Part shown: positions 29,032 through 38,399 of the stretch, piece by piece
Position numbering within the stretch: position 1 is the stretch's first letter
Layout: each line of letters begins with the position of its first letter
Assembly: GCA_965223325.1 (NCBI GenBank)
Contig: CBDCWI010000001.1
Span: 544,001 to 608,000 of the forward strand
Length of the DNA: 64,000 bases
Reading direction: 5' to 3'
From: Candidatus Multivoradales bacterium
GTDB taxonomy: Bacteria; Acidobacteriota; Thermoanaerobaculia; Multivoradales; Multivoraceae
Notes under the pieces: model-generated
Databases searched by the model: none
The model's input: only the letters and a program-made list of their open reading frames with translations
Told to the model about the DNA's origin: nothing
Translations under genes and position numbers: made by a program

Positions 29032-31161
29032 CTATCGCGGCGGGTGGTTCTTCCCGGCCTTCTCGGGCTTCCCGGGCGTCTCGCTCCCTTCCTCGTCGTC
29101 CTTCGGAGGGACGGGCAGGTCGACTTCGTTGCCCCACAGCCACTTCTCGAACCACTGCCAGTTGTGCCACACCGCTGCCAGGCGCTCCTTTGGTTTGTTG
29201 ATGCCGTGGCCGAAGCCCCGGTAGATCACCAGGCGAGTCGGCACGCCGACGTCCTGCAGGCCCTGGTAGAGCTCGAACGCATTCGGGGTGGGCACCCGCT
29301 GATCGAACTCGCCGTGCTGGATGAGAGTCGGAGTCTGAGCGTCTTTGATGTAGGTCATCGGCGAGGTTTTGGCGTAGATCTCCGGGTCGTCCCAGGGCGT
29401 CGCCTCGAGGTAGGCACGGGTAAAGCCGTGGATGTCGGTGTTGACGTAGTACGTCATCCAGTTCGAGATTCCTGCACCGTTCGAGATTGCCTTGAACTTG
29501 TCGCTCGTGGTGGCCAGAAACGCTGAGATGTAGCCGCCCTGGCTCCAACCCATCGCACCGACCTTGCCGGGATCGGCGAGGCCGCGCGCGACCAGCGCCT
29601 CGACTCCGCTTTCGACATCCCAGGCGTCGCCGACTCCCAGGTTACGCACGTTGAGCGAACGGAAAGCCTCGCCGTAGCCAGCCGAGCCGCGGTAGTTCGG
29701 CATCAAGACAATGGCGCCCTTCGCCAGCCACTGCTCGATCGGGTAGACGTAGCCACCGATCAAGCGCGGTCGCGAGGTGCCCGTGGGCCCACCGTGGATG
29801 ACCACCAGGAGCGGTGCAGGCCGACTCCGGTCGTGGCCGACTGGAAGAAACAAGACGCCCTCGATCTCGGTTCCGTCGCGACTGGTCCAGGTGGTGAGCT
29901 CACGTTTTCCGAGAGGCCACTCCGCCGTCTTCTCGGTGTGATGGGTCAACTGCTGACGCGCGCCAGGCTGCGCGATCGACGCTACGAAAACCTCCGGCAG
30001 CGTGGTACTCGTCTCGGAGATGAAGGCGACGCTCGCGCCGTCGTCTGAGAAGGCAGCTCCGTAGACGGCGTCCGCACCGAGCTCGAGCGCGCGCGCCGCG
30101 CCGCCCTTGGTCGTGAGCTGGAAAACGCGGCGCGCGGTGCGCTGGCTCGCTCCGAAGATCACCCCGTGGTGTTCGCTCCAGGCGACCGGAAAGGCATCTT
30201 CGTCGAAGAACTCGGTGAGGGTTTCGATTTGCCCACTCGCCACATCGACCTTTGCCAGCCTGCTGTTGCCATACCAGTCGCTGGCACCGCGCGGCGTGGT
30301 GATCAAGAGCGCCTCGCCGTCAGGCGACCAGAAGCCGAGGCCGTCACTCCCGGCCTCTCGAACGAGCGGCCGCCGGTCGCCGCTCCTGCTGTCGACGAGC
30401 GACACATCAGCCTCAGGAAAGGCATCGATCTGGGGACGCGGGCGATGACCGATGGCGATTGTCCGACCGTCGGGTGAGAACTCGAGGTCGTCGACCGTTA
30501 TGTCGGTGCCCTCGGTGAGCTGGCGGGCGGCGGCACCGGGGGTGGCCTCGGCGATGAAGAGATGTTGATGACGGAGATCCTGGTCTTCGACGCGGTAGGC
30601 GCCATAGGTGTCCTCTCGCTCCTTGGCGGGGTCGTCCTCGGCGGAAGAAACGAAGGCGATCGACTCACTATCCGGTGACCAACGGTAGGAGCCGACGCCT
30701 TCCTCGGCATCGGTGAGCTGCTCTGCTTCTCCGCCCGCCAGCGCCATGCGGTAGACCTGCGGCTTCGCCTCGTCGCCCTCACCACGAGTCGAGATGAAGC
30801 TCAGCCAACGACCGTCGGGGGAAAAGGCCGGAGAACTCGCGCTGCCCGAGGCGGTGCGCGTGAACTGGCGCCCCTCGCCGAAAGGCCCGTCGCCTTGCCG
30901 CTTGGCCACCCAGATCTCGGTGTCGTAGCGGTTCTCGTCCCAGTCTGTCGTCCGCTCGGTCCAGGCCACCGCCGAACCATCCGGAGCGATGCACACCGAA
31001 CCGACCGACACCAGATCGATCACCTCGCGGAAGGTCGGCGCACCCGGCACCACCGTTTCTTCGAGTGCCGCCGGTGGCTCACTCTCGGCGGATACGGGGG
31101 TGGCGGGGGTCACGGCGAGCAGCGCAAGGAACGAGAGCGCGGCGAGAACGATGATCTTCAT
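29032..31161 (-). CDS. Secreted S9 peptidase (acylaminoacyl/dipeptidyl aminopeptidase-like)
   Basis: Signal peptide, beta-propeller W/FSPDG repeats, IHGGP, NYRGS.GYG, GWSQGG nucleophile, HGEFDQRVP, GHG. Confidence 0.92.
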   Translation of the reverse strand: MKIIVLAALSFLALLAVTPATPVSAESEPPAALEETVVPGAPTFREVIDLVSVGSVCIAPDGSAVAWTERTTDWDENRYDTEIWVAKRQGDGPFGEGRQFTRTASGSASSPAFSPDGRWLSFISTRGEGDEAKPQVYRMALAGGEAEQLTDAEEGVGSYRWSPDSESIAFVSSAEDDPAKEREDTYGAYRVEDQDLRHQHLFIAEATPGAAARQLTEGTDITVDDLEFSPDGRTIAIGHRPRPQIDAFPEADVSLVDSRSGDRRPLVREAGSDGLGFWSPDGEALLITTPRGASDWYGNSRLAKVDVASGQIETLTEFFDEDAFPVAWSEHHGVIFGASQRTARRVFQLTTKGGAARALELGADAVYGAAFSDDGASVAFISETSTTLPEVFVASIAQPGARQQLTHHTEKTAEWPLGKRELTTWTSRDGTEIEGVLFLPVGHDRSRPAPLLVVIHGGPTGTSRPRLIGGYVYPIEQWLAKGAIVLMPNYRGSAGYGEAFRSLNVRNLGVGDAWDVESGVEALVARGLADPGKVGAMGWSQGGYISAFLATTSDKFKAISNGAGISNWMTYYVNTDIHGFTRAYLEATPWDDPEIYAKTSPMTYIKDAQTPTLIQHGEFDQRVPTPNAFELYQGLQDVGVPTRLVIYRGFGHGINKPKERLAAVWHNWQWFEKWLWGNEVDLPVPPKDDEEGSETPGKPEKAGKNHPPR

Positions 31162-31305
31162 CTTGCGGCCTCCAGAGAGCGATGGAGTCTGGAGAGTAGC
31201 TCAGCCAGGAAACTGGACCTGACGGAACGAGCCACGGAACGACATCCAACGTGAAAGGATGTTCCGCTCAGTCTGACTCCGAAAGACCCTCTGGAGGACC
31301 GGCTT

Positions 31306-32358
31306 ATGTTCAGCTCTCGTCCACTCGCTACCCCCATCGCTCTCGCTCTCGCCGTCGGCCTCCCTCTCGTACCCATTGAGGCACAGCAACAAGGTGCGTT
31401 CGCCCAACGCATCCAGGTTCAGAACGAGGCCACCGCGGCGCTTCTCGCGCCCGACGCGTTGCGGGTTCTCGTGTGTGGTTCGGCGTCGCCGCTCGGTGCC
31501 GATCCCAAGCGCGAGCAAGCCTGCCTGGCGGTGATCGCCGGTCCTCGCGTCTTCGTGGTCGATGTTGGCTCTGGGTCCAACAACAACCTTTCGCTTGCCG
31601 GAATCCCGATGCGGAACCTCGAGGCCGTTCTGCTCACTCACTTTCACTCCGACCACATCGGCGCGCTCGGCGATGTCAACCTCAGCTCGTGGGTCGGGGG
31701 AAGGGATACGCAGCTGGAAGTGGTCGGGCCTCCGGGAGTCGAACGGGTGGTTGCGGGCTTCAACGAAGCATTCGCCCTCGACCGCTCCTACCGCACAGCG
31801 CACCATGGCGAGGACCTGCTCCCCCCAGCGGTCGGCACGATGAAGGCACGCAGCGTCGAGCCGGGCGTGATACTCCAAGACGCCGGCCTCAAGATCACAG
31901 CGATCGAGGTCGACCACGAGCCAGTCACCCCGGCCTACGGCTACCGCTTCGACTACCTGGGCCGCTCGGTCACGATCAGCGGCGACTCAGACAAGAGCGC
32001 GACGCTCATCGAGGGAGCGCGCGGCAGCGACATTCTCTTCCACGACACCATGGCCGAAGGGATCCTTCAGACCATGGAGGGCGCCTTTCGTGCGGCGGGC
32101 AACGAACGCACCGCCAAGATCGTTCTCGACGTCCAGGACTACCACGCAACGGTTCAAGAAGTCGCCGAGACGGCGACCGCTGCCGGAGTCAAGATGACCG
32201 TCTTCTACCACCTGGTGCCCAACCCGGCGAACCCAATGGTGCTCGCGGGGTTCCGCGCCGGCGCGCCAGAGAACACGGTCATCGCAGCAGACGGCATGCT
32301 CTTTACACTCGCCAAGGATGGTGAAGAGATCGAACGGACGACTCTTTTCGAGCGTTGA
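31306..32358 (+). CDS. Exported metallo-beta-lactamase-fold hydrolase (RNase Z/AtsA-like)
   Basis: Signal peptide, LVCGSASP, VDVGSG, THFHSDH, VDHEP..AYGYRF, ISGD, YH. Confidence 0.85.
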   Translation: MFSSRPLATPIALALAVGLPLVPIEAQQQGAFAQRIQVQNEATAALLAPDALRVLVCGSASPLGADPKREQACLAVIAGPRVFVVDVGSGSNNNLSLAGIPMRNLEAVLLTHFHSDHIGALGDVNLSSWVGGRDTQLEVVGPPGVERVVAGFNEAFALDRSYRTAHHGEDLLPPAVGTMKARSVEPGVILQDAGLKITAIEVDHEPVTPAYGYRFDYLGRSVTISGDSDKSATLIEGARGSDILFHDTMAEGILQTMEGAFRAAGNERTAKIVLDVQDYHATVQEVAETATAAGVKMTVFYHLVPNPANPMVLAGFRAGAPENTVIAADGMLFTLAKDGEEIERTTLFER

Positions 32359-32442
32359 TGGCGCGATCCAAGAGCAAGAACTCAGTCGGGCGACCGGTTC
32401 TGCTTTCGTGGGTCTGCGTCTTCGTGCGACAATGCGCCCGCC

Positions 32443-33342
32443 GTGCGGTCACTCTTCACACGAATCCTTCGCGAGCCCCTGGGGCTCTTCCTCATCCTCG
32501 GGGGCGCCCTGTTCCTGGCCGACCGCTGGTGGGGCAGTCGCGGAGCGGAGGTCGTGGAGATCGACCCTGCGGCCATCGAACGGCTGGCAACGCTCTGGCA
32601 AGCCCAGGCCGGGCGGCTGCCGAGCGAGGACGAAATGGCATTCCTGGTCGACGACTGGGTTCGGGAAGAAGTGCTCTACCGCGAGGCCAAGAGTCTCGGG
32701 CTCGACCGTGACGACGTCATCGTGCGCCGGCGGCTGGCACAGAAGATGAGCTTCCTGATCGAAGATGGCCTGGGCGACCTCACCCCGTCCGACGAGGAGA
32801 TCGTCGCGTTGTGGCAGGCGAACCAGGCGCGCTACGTCGAGCCGGCGCGCTACACCTTTGCACACATCTATCTCTCGGCTGACAACCATCCCGACCTGGA
32901 GGCCGATGCCCTCGCGCTGCTCGCCGAGCTCGGAGATTCTGGAGACGGCGGCGCCTGGCGACAGCTCGGTGACCCCTTCATGCTGGCGCGCGAGTATGCC
33001 GAGCGTAATCAACAAGAAGTCGCGGAACTCTTCGGGGGCAGCTTCGCGGCCGCACTGGACGACCTCCCGGTTGGCAGCTGGAGCGGCCCGGTCGAGTCGG
33101 CCTACGGTGGGCACCTGGTGCGGCTGCACAAACGCTCCCCAGAGCGTCGGCTTCCCCTCGAGGAGGCGCGCGCTCGGGTGGTGGCTGACTGGACCGAGCG
33201 CGAGGCCAGCCGCGCGGAAGGTGAGGCCTACGCCAGGATTCGTTCGCGCTATCGGGTGCTTCTGCCCGACGGCACTCCGGTTGGTGAGTCACCTTCCGAG
33301 CTTGAAGAGGCCGAACCCACGGCACCTGCCCGAGAGCCGTGA
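32443..33342 (+). CDS. PpiC-type peptidyl-prolyl isomerase (Rotamase_2-like)
   Basis: LREPL..F...G, EEVLYREA..LGLD.DD.IVRRRL.QKM, WSGPVESAYG.HLV. Confidence 0.85.
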   Translation: MRSLFTRILREPLGLFLILGGALFLADRWWGSRGAEVVEIDPAAIERLATLWQAQAGRLPSEDEMAFLVDDWVREEVLYREAKSLGLDRDDVIVRRRLAQKMSFLIEDGLGDLTPSDEEIVALWQANQARYVEPARYTFAHIYLSADNHPDLEADALALLAELGDSGDGGAWRQLGDPFMLAREYAERNQQEVAELFGGSFAAALDDLPVGSWSGPVESAYGGHLVRLHKRSPERRLPLEEARARVVADWTEREASRAEGEAYARIRSRYRVLLPDGTPVGESPSELEEAEPTAPAREP

Positions 33343-34415
33343 CTACCCGTCGCATTGCGGGAATATGTCTCGTCTGGACGGCCCTGGCGCTCTTACCCGC
33401 GAGCGCGCATGAGGTGCGGCCGGGCTATCTCGAGATCCGCGCGGAGAGCGGTTCCGACACCTTGCCCTCGGTGTGGCGCGTGCGCTTCAAACAACCGCTC
33501 CAGGGTGACCGCTACCTCAATCTCATCCCGCGCCTGCCGGCGGACTGCTCGCTCGCAAACAGCGGCCCGCCGATCGTCGGCACCGGCTTCGTCACCGAAC
33601 GGTTCCTCCTGACCTGCGAGGGCGACCTCTCGTCGGGAGAGCTTTCGATCGAGGGGCTCGACCGCACCCTGACCGATGTCCTGGTGCGCATCGAGGGGCC
33701 TTCGGGCGAGGCACGCACCTGGGTCCTGCGGCCCGAGAAAGCGGGAATGTCGCTGGCGAGTGACGGCACCCCAGGGACGCGGGCCTACCTGCGGCTTGGT
33801 GTCGAGCACCTGGTGTTCGGCATCGACCATGTTCTGTTCGTACTCGGGCTGCTGTTGTTGGTCAAGACGCCGGGCCGTCTGCTGGGGGTTGTGACCTCCT
33901 TCACGGTCGCACACAGCATTACGCTCGCGCTCTCGTCGCTCGGCCTGGTAACCCTCCGGCCGCGCCCCGTCGAGGCGGTGATCGCACTCAGCATTCTCTT
34001 CCTGGCCGTGGAGCTCGTCCACAGCCAGCGCACGGCTGGAGAAGGAAAGGCGACGCGCCGAGCGAAGACGACGGATGGCAACGAGCGTTCGCGCGCACGA
34101 GACACCCGGCTCATGCAGCGTGCGCCATGGCTCCTGTCCTTTGGCTTTGGCCTATTGCACGGCTTCGGCTTTGCCGGCGCGCTGGGTGAGATCGGCTTGC
34201 CTCCGAACGCGGTGGCTGCGGCGCTCTTTCTGTTCAACGTCGGCGTGGAGCTCGGGCAGCTGATGGTCCTGGCGGCGGCCGGGCTCGTCTACCTTGCCCT
34301 ACGCCGACTGCTTCCCCAGGGCGTGCTGATTCCCCGGCTGGCGGCCTGGGGACTGGGGATCGTGTCGGCCTGGTGGTTCGTGGAACGAACCGCCCTGATC
34401 TTCATGCAGACCTAG
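33339..34415 (+). CDS. HupE/UreJ-like (HupE_UreJ_2) membrane protein
   Basis: ASAHE after signal peptide, LGVEHLVFGIDHVLF, FTVAHSITL, VEAVIALSI, FGLLHGFGFA, FNVGVELGQ. 4-nt overlap with the PPIase gene. Confidence 0.88.
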   Translation: MTTRRIAGICLVWTALALLPASAHEVRPGYLEIRAESGSDTLPSVWRVRFKQPLQGDRYLNLIPRLPADCSLANSGPPIVGTGFVTERFLLTCEGDLSSGELSIEGLDRTLTDVLVRIEGPSGEARTWVLRPEKAGMSLASDGTPGTRAYLRLGVEHLVFGIDHVLFVLGLLLLVKTPGRLLGVVTSFTVAHSITLALSSLGLVTLRPRPVEAVIALSILFLAVELVHSQRTAGEGKATRRAKTTDGNERSRARDTRLMQRAPWLLSFGFGLLHGFGFAGALGEIGLPPNAVAAALFLFNVGVELGQLMVLAAAGLVYLALRRLLPQGVLIPRLAAWGLGIVSAWWFVERTALIFMQT

Positions 34416-34445
34416 AGGGCGGCGGCGGCGCGCAGGCTTCGGCTC

Positions 34446-35423
34446 TCAGCTCAGGATCCAGGCGATCGAACCGCCCACCACTGCGGCGAGCAGGAGGGCG
34501 GCGCCGAAGGCAACCTCTGACCCCACGAGGTGCAATTGCATCGGCCCCGGCGAGGCCGGGGCTCTTTCGTCAGGCCACTCTTCCTCGAGAAGGAGAGGCG
34601 AGGAACCAATGGGACTGTTGTCGAGCAGGTCGGTCTGGTCCAGACGGTCGGCTGCGTAGCCGGCGAGCTCGAGGGCACGAGTGTCCATTTGCGTGCGCTC
34701 CGGAAGCACTCCCGTTTCTTCTAGAGCTGCTTCGATGGCCGCCCGGTGGGCAAGCGAAACGACCGCTGGCGAGTCCGAAGATTGCGACTGCGAAGAGAAA
34801 ACGGCAGAGCGAACGGTTTCTGGATCGCGCGTGGCGGCAGCGCGGAGGAAGGCGTGGGCGTCAGCGATCTCTGAAGTCGGTAGCCGAAGGTAGGAACGCA
34901 TCGCAGCGGCGACGTCGGCCGGTGAACCGATGGCGACCAGGGCCTCGCGGGCAACCATGCGAGTCTGGGGATCAGGGTGGTCGAGTGCCGGGAGGAGTCC
35001 GCGGCGGGCATCGTCACCGCCGCACTCGCCGAGGCCCCAAAGCCCGTGCAGGCGGACCGCTCGCAGGGGCGAGGCCGCCAGGCGCCGAAGACGCTTGACC
35101 TCACCGAAGGCGGCCAGGGCGTCGCTGATCGACTCGCCGGCACGCCCCTTGACCCGCAGGCGCGCAGTGCGCAGAACCGTCATGACGGAGTGGCGACCAA
35201 ACTCCTCGATTGCCTCCATGACGGCAAAGGAGAGTTTGTCGTTGCCGATCAGGTAGGGCGACAGTGCTTCGCCCGCTGCAACCGCCTGGCTCGCCCAATT
35301 GTGGCGGTAGCGGCGTACGACGATCAGATAAACGGCGACGGTCAGGCAGGCGACGACGGTCGCGATCACGGGCCCGAGTAACGTGTTGGGGATCGTGGCG
35401 AGGAGGGTGGCAAGAGCTGTCAT
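34446..35423 (-). CDS. HEAT-repeat membrane protein
   Basis: ATG 35423 in ATGA overlap with the receiver gene. N-terminal TM. HEAT/PBS-like R..GLWGLG, LLPALDHPDPQTR.VA..AL..IG. C-terminal TM. Confidence 0.7.
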   Translation of the reverse strand: MTALATLLATIPNTLLGPVIATVVACLTVAVYLIVVRRYRHNWASQAVAAGEALSPYLIGNDKLSFAVMEAIEEFGRHSVMTVLRTARLRVKGRAGESISDALAAFGEVKRLRRLAASPLRAVRLHGLWGLGECGGDDARRGLLPALDHPDPQTRMVAREALVAIGSPADVAAAMRSYLRLPTSEIADAHAFLRAAATRDPETVRSAVFSSQSQSSDSPAVVSLAHRAAIEAALEETGVLPERTQMDTRALELAGYAADRLDQTDLLDNSPIGSSPLLLEEEWPDERAPASPGPMQLHLVGSEVAFGAALLLAAVVGGSIAWILS

Positions 35424-35935
35424 TGGGCTCTCCGCTGCCGCTGTCCTTCGACAACCGCTCGCGCACAGTCCGCCACCGCTTCGGGGTCGAACGGCTTGGT
35501 AAAGAAATCGTCGGCACCGAGCGCTCTGACCTCGCCTTCGATCGCCGGTGACAGCGAAGTGACCACAACGGAGCTGATGTCTTGTCCTGCGGCACCAAGG
35601 CGTCGAAGAACGCGGGCCCCGTGCAACAGGGGAAGCTCGAGCTCGAGCACCATGACATCGATCGCCATGTCGAAGCACAGACGCAGCGCCTCCTCGCCGT
35701 CGCTGACCCATCGAACCCCGAGACCGCGTGACTCGAGCGCCGCCTTCTGAATCGAAGCCGTCAAACGATGCGGCTCGACCAGGAGAACACGACCGACGAG
35801 GAGGCCGGTCGAGGGGGGAGAGTCGAAAGAGATTTCGCGGGACAAGGGGTCTTCTTGCTCGGTGGGGTCCGAGACAGCCGGGCTCGAGGGACGGTCAGAG
35901 AAGCGAGTGGCGCGGCGGGGCTGTCGGTAAGTCAA
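35420..35935 (-). CDS. Single-domain response-regulator receiver, atypical (start uncertain)
   Basis: RVLLVEP, DGEEAL, DVMVLELELP..HG, GADDFFTKPF. The phospho-Asp position is Glu. Confidence 0.8.
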   Translation of the reverse strand: MTYRQPRRATRFSDRPSSPAVSDPTEQEDPLSREISFDSPPSTGLLVGRVLLVEPHRLTASIQKAALESRGLGVRWVSDGEEALRLCFDMAIDVMVLELELPLLHGARVLRRLGAAGQDISSVVVTSLSPAIEGEVRALGADDFFTKPFDPEAVADCARAVVEGQRQRRAQ

Positions 35936-36123
35936 TCGATCGGTCGGAGAAGCAGCAAGACCCTTGCCAGAGAAAGAGTAGGTATCTAGGCCCTACCGGC
36001 CCCACATGAACCAGCCTTCGCAAGAAAGCTCACATTGGCGTCCGCCCGAGAGACCGTCGATGTTTCAGCCGGAAACAGGTGGGCCGATGCACGCGACCAA
36101 GCAGCGCGTGCCATCATCGCGGG

Positions 36124-36924
36124 GTGAGCGAAACGCCCTGGGATGCGGCCCAGTACCTGCGGTTCGGCGATCATCGTCGTCGCCCCGGACGCGACCTGTT
36201 GGCCCAGGTCCCGCCGGTCAACGCGAGAGTTGTATGGGATCTTGGCTGTGGAACCGGCGAGCTGACCGTCGAGCTAGCGGAGCGTTTTCCCGAAGCAAGG
36301 GTGCGCGGAGTCGACCGCTCCCTGAGCATGCTCGAGAAGGCTGCCGCGCTCGAGGGTCATCACGAGACCCGCCTGAGCTGGCACCAGCGAGACATCACCC
36401 ACTGGCTCAGCGAGCCGGACGACGCCACCCCACCCGACCTGGTCTTCTCGAACGCGGCCTTCCACTGGCTCGAGGACCACCCCGGACTGCTTCAGGGAAT
36501 CACGCGGTGCCTCGCCCCGGGTGGCGTCCTGGCGTTCCAGATCCCACTCACCCACCATCAACCGTCGCACCGCCTGATGCGCGACGTCCTGGTCGACCTC
36601 GGGCTGGCAGATCCGCAACTCATTCGCGAGCTCGAGCGTCGTCACGTCCTGGAACCCGAGGGTTACCTCGAGCTGCTGCGCACCGAAACCGTCACCCAGA
36701 ACGTCTGGACAACCACCTACTACCAGCAACTAACCGGTGAAAACGCCGTCCTCCAGTTCGTCGAGTCCACCGGTCTCCGTCCCGTCCTCCAGGCCCTCAA
36801 CGACAAGCAACAGGCAGCCTTCCTCCCGTCGTACGAGGCCAGGCTGCGAGAAGCCTACCCACCAACCGGCCCCGTCACGACTTTCCCCGTCAAGCGCCTC
36901 TTCGCCGTCGCCACCAACCCGTAA
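36124..36924 (+). CDS. tam: Trans-aconitate 2-methyltransferase
   Basis: WDAAQYL.F.D.R.RP..DLL, DLGCGTG, GVD.S..ML, DLVFSNAAFHWL.DH, W.TTY...L.G, TGLRP.L, AYP, RLF.VA. Confidence 0.88.
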   Translation: MSETPWDAAQYLRFGDHRRRPGRDLLAQVPPVNARVVWDLGCGTGELTVELAERFPEARVRGVDRSLSMLEKAAALEGHHETRLSWHQRDITHWLSEPDDATPPDLVFSNAAFHWLEDHPGLLQGITRCLAPGGVLAFQIPLTHHQPSHRLMRDVLVDLGLADPQLIRELERRHVLEPEGYLELLRTETVTQNVWTTTYYQQLTGENAVLQFVESTGLRPVLQALNDKQQAAFLPSYEARLREAYPPTGPVTTFPVKRLFAVATNP

Positions 36925-36927
36925 CCA

Positions 36928-36980
36928 CACCCAGTCGGGGCGACTTCCCCGCCACCCCCACCACCCAGTCGGGGCGACTT
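36928..36980 (+). repeat. Two direct copies of the 19-bp hairpin repeat CACCCAGTCGGGGCGACTT (left REP-like ends)
   Basis: Copies at 36928-36946 and 36962-36980. Internal stem AGTCG-GGG-CGACT. Confidence 0.9.
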
Positions 36981-37179
36981 TTCAGACGGCATGGCGGCTG
37001 GCGGCCTCGACATGCCACCCACCTCGCCGCTACCTCCTCTCCAGCCCCCCAAACTCGCCTTCAACGGCGCCAAAACCCGCGCCGCGCAGCGTCACTCTGG
37101 CGCCCAGACACACCTCCGCCGTCTCCGCCAGCCGGCGGCGTCAGAGCCCCTTCGGACCAATCAGCTAGCGCCCCCTACT

Positions 37180-38139
37180 TCAGGGGCCCGCACGCAGCGC
37201 CGGCACCCCTTCGTAGGGCCGAGGACTCGGAAACGTATCCGCAGGAAACTTCACATCCAGCTCTCCTGCCCGTTGACGTTCCCGCGCCAGACGATGTGCT
37301 CTCGTGACCCAGTCGAAAGCCGCCAGCAGGCGCTCGCGCTCCTCCTTGTTTCTGGCAATCACCCGCGGGCGCGCACCCAAGGCCATCGCCTTGGGTGTTC
37401 TGAAGGGACTCAAGCGAGACAATCTCCACTGACCCTGCGGCCTGGTGCCCTCCCTTTGATGGCGTGCACGCGTCTTCTCTTCGATGTCGACAATCATCTG
37501 CCGCGCCCACGCGCAGTAGTCCTCGTCACTCAGGTGGTCAAGGCCGGGCAGCTTCGAGAGAAACACGGTCTCCTCGACTTTGAAGTCTTCCACCGTAAGG
37601 CGCCGGCCGGCACGAGTCCGCTTTGCACGACTGAGGGCTGTGCGATCAATCCACTTGCCTTGGAGCTCCAGTTTGCCGTCCCACAACGCCGCCCCGGCGC
37701 TGACGCCAGGCCATTTGCGTGGCGACGACACCAACCCAGCCTCGCAGCCCTGGGCCAGCACGTAGCGGAACCGCCGGGCCAGGTCGGCGGGGTCGCGACC
37801 AGGGAACGACGGCTTGTAGGGCGTTTCCCATTTCGGGCCTTTCCAGCCACGGGTGATCCGTAGCTCAACGCTGGTCTTGTGCTGGACGTGGTACATGAAC
37901 TCGGCCATCTGCTCCGCATTGCGCACGCCCAGCAGCATGTGGTGATGGTTGGCCTGGTAGTCCGGAAGGTAGATGCGCGCCCCGGTCAGGCGCTGCGCGC
38001 GTCCGATGATCCCCAGGAGGTTCTCTCTGAGCTCGGAGGACGGTGCGAGGAGGAACGTGCCGTTGGTGCAACGGGCACACACCTCGACCACTGTCCAGCC
38101 GCTCTCATCTGGCGGTACGTAGCGAATTTGGTGGCTCAT
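37180..38139 (-). CDS. HUH/Y1 tyrosine transposase (RAYT / TnpA-REP-like) with basic C-terminal extension
   Basis: From ATG 38139: EVCARC, NHHHMLL (HUH), FM, G..W..PY, RYVL (catalytic Tyr), EAGLV..P..WPG.S. Confidence 0.85.
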   Translation of the reverse strand: MSHQIRYVPPDESGWTVVEVCARCTNGTFLLAPSSELRENLLGIIGRAQRLTGARIYLPDYQANHHHMLLGVRNAEQMAEFMYHVQHKTSVELRITRGWKGPKWETPYKPSFPGRDPADLARRFRYVLAQGCEAGLVSSPRKWPGVSAGAALWDGKLELQGKWIDRTALSRAKRTRAGRRLTVEDFKVEETVFLSKLPGLDHLSDEDYCAWARQMIVDIEEKTRARHQREGTRPQGQWRLSRLSPFRTPKAMALGARPRVIARNKEERERLLAAFDWVTRAHRLARERQRAGELDVKFPADTFPSPRPYEGVPALRAGP

Positions 38140-38246
38140 ACCTATAGAAGATGGTGAAACCCTGCGAACCCTTACAGAGGCAGTGAAGAAGCCCGCCCGC
38201 CAACGCCAAGGCGAGACGAACCGGCGACCCATAGGTGGTGGTCGGA

Positions 38247-38337
38247 AAGTCGCCCCGACTGGGTGCTGTCGGGCGGGCGGGCGGGCGTTGCCGGTTGCCT
38301 ACCCACGGGTTGGCGTGGGAAAGTCGCCCCGACTGGG
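38247..38337 (-). repeat. Two inverted copies of the same hairpin repeat (right REP-like ends)
   Basis: AAGTCGCCCCGACTGGGTG at 38247-38265 and AAGTCGCCCCGACTGGG at 38321-38337, the reverse complements of the left copies. Confidence 0.9.
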
Positions 38338-38399
38338 CAGCCAGCTGGGAGAGGCGGGCGCTTGGCGCGCTCGTCTTGACGCCACGCAAGGGGGAAACG

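Larger units (their letters stand above)
36928..38337. mobile_element. REPtron-like element: HUH/Y1 transposase between inverted pairs of hairpin repeats
   Basis: Transposase gene flanked by 2 direct repeats on the left and 2 inverted copies on the right, between tam and GST. Confidence 0.75.

Noticed and set aside
28982-29548. N-terminal extensions given by the ORF track for FAAL (also GNAT, fabR, pfa3, fadD, HEAT)
   Set aside because: They overlap neighbouring genes or promoters. Family similarity and RBS/overlap evidence begin at downstream starts.
37180-38139. IS200/IS605 element with TnpB/omega RNA
   Set aside because: No RuvC or Zn-finger ORF is adjacent, the protein is much longer than IS200 TnpA, and the ends are inverted repeats.
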